A stretch of DNA of 64,000 bases from Candidatus Bathyarchaeota archaeon (GCA_963833125.1 CAWHWX010000001.1:128001-192000); one strand, 5' to 3'; positions 20,816 to 29,761 are shown, counted from the stretch's first letter. The notes: a model not told the origin generated them from the sequence alone. Program-made: numbers and translations.

Positions 20816-21526
20816 ATGGCTAGAATCTCGAGACGACAATTCGTTTCAACCTCAGCTTTTACTGCTGGCGGCTTTGCTCTAGGTTACGTAACCAAGAGCC
20901 TTATCCTGTCACAAATCCTACCGTCACCCGAACCCGCGGTAAACACCCCCGGCGATGCCTTGAACAACCTGATGGCGGGAAACGCACGTTTCATGCAGGG
21001 TTCACCGATTCACCCGAATCAGTCGGCAGAACGGCAGGCGGAAGTGGCTCAGGGGCAACACCCGTGGGCGGCGATTCTTGGATGTATTGACTCTCGAGTG
21101 CCCCCTGAACTTGTCTTCGATCAGGGATTAGGGGATCTCTTCGTGGCGCGGACGGCGGGCCAAGTTATCGATAATGTCGTTATAGGCAGCCTCGAGTACG
21201 CTGTCGAAGAAGGCGTGAAATTGGTAATGGTGCTGGGTCACCAAAGCTGCGGAGCGGTAAAGGCGACTATCCAGACCCTTCAAAGCAACGGCCATGCCGA
21301 CGGCCAGATCGCAACATTAGTTGAGGCCATCAAACCCGCAGTAATGGAAGCACAGTTCGAACCAGGAGACCTACTCGATAACTCGATAAGAGCAAATGTA
21401 GCATTGGAAATTGAATACCTGAAATCATCGAGTCAAATAATATCGCAAGCCCTAGCCCAAGGTTCAATCGACTTGGTCGGCGCCATTTATGATCTTGGGA
21501 CTGGCGCGGTAACCGTAATGTCGTAA
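20816..21526 (+). CDS. Beta-class carbonic anhydrase with Tat signal peptide
   Basis: Zn ligands 'GCIDSRV' and 'GHQSCGA', 'L..GN.RF', 'FDQG.GD.FV.R.AG'; N-terminus 'SRRQF' followed by a hydrophobic stretch. Confidence 0.92.
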   Translation: MARISRRQFVSTSAFTAGGFALGYVTKSLILSQILPSPEPAVNTPGDALNNLMAGNARFMQGSPIHPNQSAERQAEVAQGQHPWAAILGCIDSRVPPELVFDQGLGDLFVARTAGQVIDNVVIGSLEYAVEEGVKLVMVLGHQSCGAVKATIQTLQSNGHADGQIATLVEAIKPAVMEAQFEPGDLLDNSIRANVALEIEYLKSSSQIISQALAQGSIDLVGAIYDLGTGAVTVMS

Positions 21527-21614
21527 GGTATAACCGAGCGCTCAGAAAAACCCCGTCCGATACTAAAATCAAAAGAGAAAATCGGAGCCCGCACAGACAT
21601 CAGACTAGGTAGGC

Positions 21615-21695
21615 CTATGCTACCATTTCCTCTTGTCTAATGTTCTTGTCGTGCTCGGTACCTAACTTCATCTTAACCTTACGTTTCTTAGCCAT
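21615..21695 (-). CDS. Putative 26-aa basic peptide (not in ORF track)
   Basis: GGAGGTGA SD 6 nt before ATG 21695; reads MAKKRKVKMKLGTEHDKNIRQEEMVA*; T-rich tracts follow on the same strand. Confidence 0.5.
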   Translation of the reverse strand: MAKKRKVKMKLGTEHDKNIRQEEMVA

Positions 21696-21827
21696 CTCAA
21701 CTCACCTCCAAGCTTGACTAGAACAAATGAAGCCCAACCGAGTATTTAGCATGGTTTGGAGAAAAAGTCTGCATTGGAGAATGTTCCGCATTTCCACTTA
21801 GTCGAGCAACTCCACTCCCATTCGAGG

Positions 21828-22106
21828 CTAGGCAGAGTTTCGGTCCATGTAACGATCAGCAATCACCCTGGCTCTCTCATACGCACCAATCCAATCCCTC
21901 GGTCCCTTGGCACAACCCATTCCAATGAGCTTACCCTTCAAATCATTGCTCGAGATCGGATTCGTCTCAAACGCGAGAACCGCATAGCACCGGTTGGGCT
22001 GCGCAGTGAAAATGTCGATCATGACATACTTGCTCTTAGCTCGTCTTTTCCAAAGGAAAGGATTGCCATTGATCCCTCTGTCTACAACACGCCATGCCCT
22101 TGTCAA
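21828..22106 (-). CDS. Hypothetical protein
   Basis: 92-aa ORF co-oriented directly downstream of the methyltransferase; no motif recognised. Confidence 0.45.
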   Translation of the reverse strand: MTRAWRVVDRGINGNPFLWKRRAKSKYVMIDIFTAQPNRCYAVLAFETNPISSNDLKGKLIGMGCAKGPRDWIGAYERARVIADRYMDRNSA

Positions 22107-22159
22107 GATTCCATCACGGCTAGTCAGCTTAGTCTAGGAAATTAACCGTAACGCCATTA

Positions 22160-23050
22160 TCATTGGGCTGGTGGCTTCCAAAAATCTAGCAGATATTCGA
22201 ACGTTGTTCCCATCGTGATGTAGTTTGATGGCCAGCCGAAAATTCCAACTTTGTTCACTATGTTCGTTCGATCCCAAATGATCGTATTACGGAACTCGTA
22301 GCCTGCTCCGACAAGGGATTGATGGATGTTGATGTGGATTGGGATTCTTTTTCCGTACCTCTCGCTCTTCCACCACATATCTGGAACGTTGATGACTACA
22401 TGACCGTGCGGCTTTAGAAGAGGAAGAAGCTTCGCATAGACTCCCTTCACCTCTTCCGCATAGCGTTCAACTTCAAGCGTCCCCAGATCCTTTGGGTCTT
22501 GACTGTACTGCTCAACCCTTAGGAACTGCTTGTTTCGCCTGAGGTCACCGCGTCTACTCTTGTTGAGTCGGGCTCGGTTTAGCAGGTTCGCGTAGGGCGG
22601 CGACGTGAAGATTAGGCTGAGAGATTCGGGTTCTAAATATTCCGAAATGCTTCTAGCGTCGTCACAGATCACAATCTGTTTCGTTCGCCTATCGGGTTTG
22701 TTGTTGGAGACACGTTGTTTGGAGATGTGACAATAGGTGGGGTTTATGTCGAAACCGACTCCGTTTCTTTCAAGGTCACTGCAAGCAACGAGAGTCGTCC
22801 CGATCCCGTTGAACGGGTCTAGGACCAGCTCGCCGCGATGTGTAAACAGCTCAATGACCCTCCGAGCTAGGGCGATTGGCATTACAGCGGGATGGATCTC
22901 TTTGTCTCGGACATCACGCCCTTCGTAGAAAACCTCCCAGACACCTATCTGAGCCTTAATCCATTCCTTCGCAGTCAAACAATTCAGGTGATTCTCAGGG
23001 CAGTTGCACAGCCTCTCCCCTGAAAATTCAACCCTCTTAGGAACCTGCAT
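22160..23050 (-). CDS. Site-specific DNA methyltransferase (N4-C/N6-A type)
   Basis: 'HPAVMP..LA...I', motif I 'VLDPFNGIGTT', then motif IV 'TSPPY', 'IIWD'. Confidence 0.85.
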   Translation of the reverse strand: MQVPKRVEFSGERLCNCPENHLNCLTAKEWIKAQIGVWEVFYEGRDVRDKEIHPAVMPIALARRVIELFTHRGELVLDPFNGIGTTLVACSDLERNGVGFDINPTYCHISKQRVSNNKPDRRTKQIVICDDARSISEYLEPESLSLIFTSPPYANLLNRARLNKSRRGDLRRNKQFLRVEQYSQDPKDLGTLEVERYAEEVKGVYAKLLPLLKPHGHVVINVPDMWWKSERYGKRIPIHINIHQSLVGAGYEFRNTIIWDRTNIVNKVGIFGWPSNYITMGTTFEYLLDFWKPPAQ

Positions 23051-23080
23051 AGAACAAACCCTGCCTCATGAGCCGCGATT

Positions 23081-23407
23081 TCAATATCGTGGCGTCGATG
23101 GATCTATCTCCAGTGCCCACTGATCGATGCCCCCTTTGAGGTTCTTCACTTTCTTGAATCCACGCTGACGCAGGAGGTTTACTACCCATGCACTTCGTTC
23201 TCCGACATGGCAATAGAAAACGTACTCATTGTTGGGGTTAAGATCGTTGACGCCCGTCCAAAATTGGCCCATGGGGATTAACGTGCTTCCTTCTATGTGG
23301 CAGAAATCGTACTCGTAACGTTCTCTCACGTCGACAAGGCGAACCTTGGTTCCGCTGTCGATTAGGTGCTTGAGGTTTTTGACGGTAATCTCAAACTCCT
23401 CTTCCAT
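23081..23407 (-). CDS. Rhodanese-like sulfurtransferase (MoeZ C-terminal type)
   Basis: 'VDVRE..EY...HI.GS', 'YCHVG.RS', 'NLKGGI..W...IDP..PRY'. Confidence 0.9.
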   Translation of the reverse strand: MEEEFEITVKNLKHLIDSGTKVRLVDVRERYEYDFCHIEGSTLIPMGQFWTGVNDLNPNNEYVFYCHVGERSAWVVNLLRQRGFKKVKNLKGGIDQWALEIDPSTPRY

Positions 23408-23473
23408 TCATCTTGCCTCGATTTATCGATCTATGCTAGTATCGGATCCCTGTGGTGAGTTGTGATTGTGTGG

Positions 23474-23821
23474 CTAGGCAACATAGAAGTAGGTTTCTCC
23501 GTCCTTCTCGCTGGCGATTATATCGCCTCTATCGGCTAACTCTCGCAGTTTGACAATGAAGAAAGTTTCTCGTGCCACACTAATTCTAATTTCGTGCTCT
23601 TTCACGTCGACTTCACTTGGTAACTCAACCGGTTCTGAATAGGGTCGAGATGGTGTAGGAAGAAGTGCTTGATAGATCTCATCCGAAGAGAACGCTCTTC
23701 CCTTATTCTTTGCCAGAAAATCAATAATATGAGGTTTAATCATGAAATCGGGCGACTCGAATTTCTTTTGGGATAACGTAGCAACGCGCAACTTCCTTGC
23801 CTCAGCAACAGGAATCGGCAT
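23474..23821 (-). CDS. Hypothetical winged-helix-like protein
   Basis: 'IIDFLAKNKGRAFSSDEI...L..L...G.I......TYFY' resembles small archaeal wHTH proteins. Confidence 0.55.
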   Translation of the reverse strand: MPIPVAEARKLRVATLSQKKFESPDFMIKPHIIDFLAKNKGRAFSSDEIYQALLPTPSRPYSEPVELPSEVDVKEHEIRISVARETFFIVKLRELADRGDIIASEKDGETYFYVA

Positions 23822-23983
23822 GGCTCAAAGATACTTTGAAGGTTTCGATAAGAATTTCGCATTCAGGCGTGTCGCAGAAATCATGTGTCTTCTCTGATTT
23901 GTGTGCGCACCAATATACCCGCACACATGAAAACGATTGATCTCCTTGGTCTTCATGAATGACGGTTAGAGATGTAAAGGGGG

Positions 23984-24370
23984 TTAGTCTAGAACCATCT
24001 TTACAAATTTGGGTTTAATCTTGAGTATGATTCTGTCCCTATCGTTCCACGGGTAGTCTTTGCCGAGATATTTTCTGGCCAAGCGATTGATGTGATCTAA
24101 TGCGCCTTGCTGCGTTTGTTCGATAACTTTTCCTCTTATGAACAAATGTCTGTAAGGATTCTTCTCTTGGGTCATGCTAATCGCCACCCTTGGATCTCTT
24201 GAAATATTCTTCTGTTTGGTCCTTCCAGGAACAGTGTTTACCAAAAGCATGTCTCCAACACGATCGATCCACACGGGAGATACGTGCGGAGAACCATCAG
24301 GCATCGAAGTAGCCAAATACGCAAAATTCTTTCCCTCAATTATTTCAATCGCTTCTGGGTTGAATATCAT
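23984..24370 (-). CDS. PPOX-class F420-dependent oxidoreductase
   Basis: 'AYLAT.MPDGSPHVSPVW', 'K.KNI.RDPRVAIS', 'L..KYLG..YPW'. Confidence 0.88.
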   Translation of the reverse strand: MIFNPEAIEIIEGKNFAYLATSMPDGSPHVSPVWIDRVGDMLLVNTVPGRTKQKNISRDPRVAISMTQEKNPYRHLFIRGKVIEQTQQGALDHINRLARKYLGKDYPWNDRDRIILKIKPKFVKMVLD

Positions 24371-25096
24371 ACCCCGTCTCTCTGTCGAACGCTAATAACT
24401 CCTAGAATAAAGGAATCTCTTAAGACATGACCTGTCGGTAATGCAGAAGACTCTCATTCACTTACTCGTGTCGCCTAATGGGATATCGGACGTGAAAGGG
24501 GTTCAGCCAATAAGATCATTGGCTCCGAAACTTGCTTTCAAAATATGCTGCGGTTAATTCTGAATTTGAACGCAAGATCCGGAGTCAACCCACTTATCAC
24601 ATCACGACATAACTGATCGAGCAAGTGGTTTGAATGAGTATGCTAACGATCTTCCTAAACAGGCTGAGCCACGTTGTTTCCATTCCTCGATTGCTCAATT
24701 TCACTTATGCGAGTCTGCTTTGCTTAATGAGACCGACACTTGGTTCTATACGTGTTAGGGAATGGGCGTCGATCAGAGAGAAGAATCAGTATGGTAAGGT
24801 CAGGCTGGTAATGCGATCACATGACGAAGCAGTCACTCGCAGAGTGATGCTAAGGTAGACAACAATCCAGGTGAGCGTAGGGGATTCTGATCCAAATTTA
24901 ACGGTAAGTATACGCTGCGCACCGTGCTTTCTGACTCTCAGTGGACTTTTTGCCCATCAATGTGAGTATTACTGATGTTCTAGCGGACATTTCTGCGGTA
25001 GTAGGCAGTATGCAGGGCTATCTTGTTTGCATATAATTGCCCTTCAATACAAGAGATTCAATGGCTGTGACAAGAAAATAGTCGCGTGAGATTTCC

Positions 25097-25687
25097 TTAC
25101 AGGGTCTTCTTGAAGATCCATCGTTCACTGCCCAGCTTGCGTTCCTTGGTGAAGCCCAGGGAAGCGAAGAGATCAGGGGTCCCGTTCCAAAGCAAATTCG
25201 ATGAATGCCTCTTCCGAGGATCTACCGGGTAACCTTCAACCACTTCCGCGCCGTGAGCTTTCATGTAGTGAAGAGCACCTTCCAAAGCCGCAGCCGCCAC
25301 GCCTTTCCTCCTGTAATCGCGGTCAGTGAAGAAACAGGTTATCCTCCAGAGATTCCCAGGCGTGGGTCTATAGTCCTTCATGTTCTCGATACGTGGCAAT
25401 TCCTCGCTTGGACCGAACTGGCACCAACCAACAGGTTTTCCGCCGTGATACACGATTACTCCGTGCGCTTTCCCTTGCATCACTAGTGCGTGTTTCTTTG
25501 CTTTGTTCTGCTCTCGATTCTTATCCCTCCAACCTTCCGCGACCTGATAGAACATGCACCAGCAACCACCTTGCACCCCACCGTGCCTCTCGAATAACCT
25601 CTCAAAATCAACCCAAGTTGAAAGCGACAACTCCCTAGTTTCATAATGAAGACTCATCTTGGGACTCTTCCTACCCTGGATGACCAA
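25097..25687 (-). CDS. GNAT family acetyltransferase
   Basis: 'GGCWCM', 'VGWCQFGP', 'WRITCFF...YRRKGVA', 'VEGYP'. Confidence 0.88.
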   Translation of the reverse strand: MVIQGRKSPKMSLHYETRELSLSTWVDFERLFERHGGVQGGCWCMFYQVAEGWRDKNREQNKAKKHALVMQGKAHGVIVYHGGKPVGWCQFGPSEELPRIENMKDYRPTPGNLWRITCFFTDRDYRRKGVAAAALEGALHYMKAHGAEVVEGYPVDPRKRHSSNLLWNGTPDLFASLGFTKERKLGSERWIFKKTL

Positions 25688-25906
25688 GTCGTGGCGAGAC
25701 TTCTGCCTTTATGTTCCTGAAGGTTATGAGGATGTCACTGTGGACTTGCTTCGTGACGGCGAAATACGAACGGGGTCATTGGACCGTCTTTTCTGAAGTA
25801 CGCTGTTCTCCTTCCGGGATCAGTAGGATTTTGACCCGAAACTAAGTCGGAGTTAGACTATTACTGTTCGCTTCAATAATCACCTGGTTGTGGAGACGAC
25901 GACGGA

Positions 25907-26368
25907 ATGAGGATTTTGTTTGTCTGTTCTGGCAACACTTGTCGAAGCCCTATGGCTGAAGGAATTGCTCGCAAGATGTTTGGAGCCAATGTTCATGTCG
26001 AAAGCGCCGGAACCCACGCCCATGTTAGGGACCCCCCGGCCGCCAATGCTGTGAAAACTATACGTGACAAATTCGGAGTGCACATTTCGTCACATCGATC
26101 ACGAAGCGTAAATGAAGTGCACATCGAAGATTTCGATTACATTGTTCCAATGGCCGACGATATTCAAGACGATCTGAAGAAAAGCTTTCCAAGCTTAGGC
26201 AAGAAACTGATGCCCTCATGGGGAATAGATGACCCCTACCGCGGCGACCTCCACACATATCAAGAAACGGCCACTAAAATTCAGAAACATATGAAAGAGC
26301 TTTCCACTTTCCTCAAAAATACAAAGAAACGACTCAACGACGGCAAAGATGAACACGAGGGATCCTGA
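25907..26368 (+). CDS. Low-molecular-weight protein phosphatase (LMW-PTP/ArsC fold)
   Basis: P-loop 'LFVCSGNTCRSPMAE', 'SAGT', 'IDDPY'. Confidence 0.9.
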   Translation: MRILFVCSGNTCRSPMAEGIARKMFGANVHVESAGTHAHVRDPPAANAVKTIRDKFGVHISSHRSRSVNEVHIEDFDYIVPMADDIQDDLKKSFPSLGKKLMPSWGIDDPYRGDLHTYQETATKIQKHMKELSTFLKNTKKRLNDGKDEHEGS

Positions 26369-26402
26369 CCTCAATATAACGTCACATATGGAAGGGTGAC
26401 GA

Positions 26403-26717
26403 GTGAGATTGTTGTATGCGTTGCGAGCAGCGTCGGATGGCATCAGGTTAACGCTGAACGTGAAGCCGCTGAGAAGCGAAACCAAACTGATCTGCGAGCC
26501 GGATGGAACACTCACAATCCATGTCGCTGCGCCTCCGATAAAAGGCAAAGCTAATCGCGAGATCGTAAGATGGATGTCCAAGACGCTCCGAACATCATCC
26601 TCGAATGTGCAGCTAGTTGCTGGCGTCCATTCGAACGTGAAAGTCATCCAAATCACAGGAATGACTGAGGTTGAAATCACCTCGATATTAGGGATTAAAG
26701 CGGATGCGAGGAAATGA
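26403..26717 (+). CDS. DUF167/UPF0235 (YggU-like) protein
   Basis: 'L...VKP', 'V.APP..GKAN', 'V.L..G..S..K'. Confidence 0.85.
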   Translation: MRLLYALRAASDGIRLTLNVKPLRSETKLICEPDGTLTIHVAAPPIKGKANREIVRWMSKTLRTSSSNVQLVAGVHSNVKVIQITGMTEVEITSILGIKADARK

Positions 26718-26880
26718 AATCAACCAGCTCCAAGTGCGTTTCTATCTAGTTTCTCCCCTGGTGTGTGATCATTACATCCAGACACGGGAGCCACGATACG
26801 GACTTGAACTCGATTAAGGTCAGAGTCGCCTTTATAGAGCGGCTTCCTCGTTATTTTCATAAGATCAGGAGTAAAATGGA

Positions 26881-27045
26881 ATGGCATTAGTCGTTAAATC
26901 AGCGGTACGTACTCGGTTGAAAGGTATGAGGGCTTCTGGAGATTTCTTCAAAGCTTTGGACAAGCACCTAGCTGATGAATTGGCAAAGGCAGTCGCCAGA
27001 GCCAAAGCAAATGGCAGGAAGACTCTAAGGCCGGAAGACCTCTAA
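26881..27045 (+). CDS. Minimal histone-fold protein, alpha3-truncated face-to-face/DUF1931-like histone (not in ORF track)
   Basis: MALVVKSAVRTRLKGMRASGDFFKALDKHLADELAKAVARAKANGRKTLRPEDL* carries the RxTxxxxD L2 motif. TTTATA box at ~26831, GGAG SD upstream, pyrimidine tract after the stop. Confidence 0.88.
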   Translation: MALVVKSAVRTRLKGMRASGDFFKALDKHLADELAKAVARAKANGRKTLRPEDL

Positions 27046-27261
27046 GCTCTCCCCTTCTTGTTTCATTTAATTGTAGCCTCGCTCTTGTTGTAACAAATGG
27101 CCGAGACGTACCGGCAACCTGTTGCTCAGAGTTTGAGTAGGAGATTCTGACCCCAATTTACCTGAACATAACTACCAGTACACCATAAGCCGGGGTTTGA
27201 GGATGAGGTAGGAGAACCGATATAGCGTTGATCATTGTTCTCTAGTGGCGTCGTTTTGGCC

Positions 27262-27375
27262 ATGTTGCCTAAGTTCGAGAAGGAAGGGGAACGGTTTGTG
27301 TGTGATAAGTGTGGGTTCGAAACGAACAGTCCGGAAATCTTCCCTCTGCACAAGAAGAATTGTCCCAGAGTCTAG
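27262..27375 (+). CDS. 37-aa C2HC zinc-finger microprotein (not in ORF track)
   Basis: MLPKFEKEGERFVCDKCGFETNSPEIFPLHKKNCPRV* has F-x-C-x2-C-x12-H-x3-C spacing. Confidence 0.65.
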   Translation: MLPKFEKEGERFVCDKCGFETNSPEIFPLHKKNCPRV

Positions 27376-27450
27376 TACCCTCTACTCCCCTTCTATCGAG
27401 TCCCACGCACGAGAAGTATACGACGTGAAAGGTGCGCTGCTTGTTCGGAG

Positions 27451-27660
27451 GTGAGTGTTTTGGTTTGGAAAATCATTGAATTAGTAGGCGAATCGAAAGA
27501 GAGCTTTGCGGACGCAACCCGAAATGCAATCGCTGAAGCAAGTAAAACAGTTAAGCAGATGCAATGGTTCGAAGCTACCGGCTTCAGGGGAACTATTCAG
27601 GACGGCAAAGTGAGTCAATTCCAGACAGTAGTGCGAATCGGGTTCAAGGTCGAGCGATAG
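27451..27660 (+). CDS. Dodecin (flavin-binding) family protein
   Basis: 'KIIELVGES..SF.DA..NAI.EASKT....WFE....G.I.DGKV..FQ...IGFK'; GGAGGTG SD. Confidence 0.9.
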   Translation: MSVLVWKIIELVGESKESFADATRNAIAEASKTVKQMQWFEATGFRGTIQDGKVSQFQTVVRIGFKVER

Positions 27661-27788
27661 TCAAATTACTACGTCAGTTCCCTATTTTAGCCGGATTCCC
27701 GGTGGGTTACTAGGACTCTCGTCCACCACTTGACACATCATCAACAACCCCATCACTAGACGTAAACTACGGGTTTGGGCGAGCTTGA

Positions 27789-27930
27789 TGGCGGGTCCGG
27801 AGGGATTTGAACCCTGTCGGCCACTTTCCTTTAGTTGTGGCTCTCGACCTTCGGGTATCCCCCATCCGGTTAAGAGCTTCGGCCAAAGCTGAGCCTAGTC
27901 CGCCGCTCTACCTGGCTGAGCTACGGACCC
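27789..27930 (-). tRNA. trnK: tRNA-Lys(CTT) with three introns (30/31, 37/38, 51/52) and encoded CCA
   Basis: Removing 27878-27899, 27857-27870 and 27814-27842 yields GGGTCCG TA GCTC AGCCAGGTA GAGC G GCGGG CT CTT AA CCCGA AGGTC GAGGG TTCAAAT CCCTC CGGACCC GCCA (77 nt). Acceptor, D and T stems pair fully, and each junction has a BHB-like motif. Confidence 0.92.
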
Positions 27931-28006
27931 GCTGAAGGCCTGTGAAAGTTTGCTCGCACATTAAAGTATTCTCGGCGACAAGGGACATTGAGGATGCGTC
28001 TGAGTC

Positions 28007-28810
28007 ATGGGGGAATTAATCTTCATAGGCTTAGGCTTGTACGACGAACAAGGCCTATCACTTCGCGGACAAACCGAAGCAAGAACCTGTGATCGAGTCT
28101 TCGCAGAATTCTATACCAGCGTGATGCCCGGACTGAAAATAGAAAAGCTCAGCGAAACGGTGGGTAAACCCGTCCAGATCCTATCACGCATTGATATTGA
28201 GGAGGACGCAGAAAAACAGATTCTGTCGAAAGCTAAGACGGAAAAAATTGCGATTCTGGTGGCGGGAGATCCGATGGTGGCAACAACTCACGTTGACCTA
28301 CGCCTACGAGCTCATAGGGCAGGTATTCGAACTCGCATCATCCACGCAGCCACCGTAACGTCCGGAGCAGCGGGAGCGACCGGTCTACAGTCCTACAAGT
28401 TCGGCAGAACCATCACGGTACCTCTCGCAACAGGTGACAACCTACCTGAGAGCATTTACGCGGCGCTCAGAGTCAACCTTGAAGCCGGCCTACATTCACT
28501 AGTTTTACTCGAAGTTAACGCTGAGACTAAACAACACGTAACCATCCCCAAAGCACTCCAAGGATTACTCTCCCTCGCGGCCCGAACACAAAACCCAGTC
28601 ATAAAACCGGAAATGCTGGTTGTGGGTATAGCGAGACTGGAAGCACCAGACATGATTGTTCATGCCGCAAGCATCTCGGAACTTATGCAGGTTGATTTCG
28701 GTAAACCCCCACACTGCCTCATCTTTCCCAGCACCCTGCATTTTGTTGAGGCAGAGGCCCTGCAAGTTTTCTGTGGCGCACGGAAAGGCTTGGTGACTTC
28801 GGAACATTGA
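28007..28810 (+). CDS. dph5: Diphthine synthase
   Basis: 'FIGLGL', 'AEFYTS', 'GDPMVATTH', 'GLQSYKFGRT.T', 'DFG.PPH.LI.P..LHF.E'. Confidence 0.95.
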   Translation: MGELIFIGLGLYDEQGLSLRGQTEARTCDRVFAEFYTSVMPGLKIEKLSETVGKPVQILSRIDIEEDAEKQILSKAKTEKIAILVAGDPMVATTHVDLRLRAHRAGIRTRIIHAATVTSGAAGATGLQSYKFGRTITVPLATGDNLPESIYAALRVNLEAGLHSLVLLEVNAETKQHVTIPKALQGLLSLAARTQNPVIKPEMLVVGIARLEAPDMIVHAASISELMQVDFGKPPHCLIFPSTLHFVEAEALQVFCGARKGLVTSEH

Positions 28811-29085
28811 GCGCATTCAATGAAGATCCAATGTCCCGAGCCCGCAGATACATTGCGAATCTCACAGCAGACCTCGAGAAAACATCCACACTGAAGGCGA
28901 ACACGTTGGTCAAAACATCCAACATTGATGGAGTCACCGATGCAATTCACCGTTATCTCCAAGACGCACATCACTACCTAGACCAAGGACTCGCAACAAC
29001 CTCCCTAGCATCCGTAGCCTACGCTGAAGGTTTACTCGATGCTCTGAAATTCCTAGAATTAACTCAACCTCGAAATGAGCAGTAA
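28807..29085 (+). CDS. DUF357 family protein
   Basis: 'RYLQDA.HYL..G....LASVAYAEGLLDAL'. Confidence 0.85.
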   Translation: MSAFNEDPMSRARRYIANLTADLEKTSTLKANTLVKTSNIDGVTDAIHRYLQDAHHYLDQGLATTSLASVAYAEGLLDALKFLELTQPRNEQ

Positions 29086-29761
29086 GGCATTTAGTCGTGA
29101 GATGGCGTTGGTCGAATGCCCGGCGGTTGAAATGAGTGCAGATGAACGGACTCTAATTAAAGCCGCCTACCTCGCGCAGCTTAGGCACGGTCCCTTTACC
29201 GAAAGGACTGTCCAAGACACAATGAAGCACGACGCAATAGCCCGCCTGATAAACTCAAAACATTTGGTTCCCCAACAGACCGACTCCGAAACCCGCTACA
29301 CATTATCCGAGCAGAGCCGCAGACAAATCAAAGTCGTACTGGCGGGTGGCGTCTACGACGTTCTGCATGTAGGACACTTGGCTGCACTCACAGAAGCAAA
29401 ATCGTTTGGTGATGTCTTGGTAGTGGTTGTTGCTACCGACATTACCGTCGAAACATTGAAGGGAAGAAAACCGGTCGTGCCGGAAGAAGATCGGCGCGCC
29501 CTCGTCGAAGGCCTAAAACCCGTTGACATTGCCATCTTAGGGTATGAGGATGTTGGCTTCGGATTTGAACAAGTTCTGGCGGAAGTTAAACCAGATCTCG
29601 TCGCGTTCGGTTACGACCAAGAGAAGCTAGAAGAAATAGTCGTGGAAATCATTCAACGCCACCGCTTGGGGATTGAGGTGGTTAAGTTGTCGAGGTTTGA
29701 TCATGAGAAGTATGCGAGTTCTAGTTTGCTGAGGCAGAAGCTTTCTGAGGAGCTGAGCTAA
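29075..29761 (+). CDS. ribL: FAD synthetase (RibL-type cytidylyltransferase fold) with N-terminal extension
   Basis: 'GGVYDVLHVGH', 'GD.LVVVVA.D', 'KPD....GYDQ', 'SSS'; next to ribK. Confidence 0.85.
   Translation: MSSKAFSREMALVECPAVEMSADERTLIKAAYLAQLRHGPFTERTVQDTMKHDAIARLINSKHLVPQQTDSETRYTLSEQSRRQIKVVLAGGVYDVLHVGHLAALTEAKSFGDVLVVVVATDITVETLKGRKPVVPEEDRRALVEGLKPVDIAILGYEDVGFGFEQVLAEVKPDLVAFGYDQEKLEEIVVEIIQRHRLGIEVVKLSRFDHEKYASSSLLRQKLSEELS

Noticed and set aside
21540-27789. Integrated element at the 3' end of tRNA-Lys
   Set aside because: I found no duplicated tRNA 3' end (att site) and no integrase; the genes look like ordinary accessory genes.
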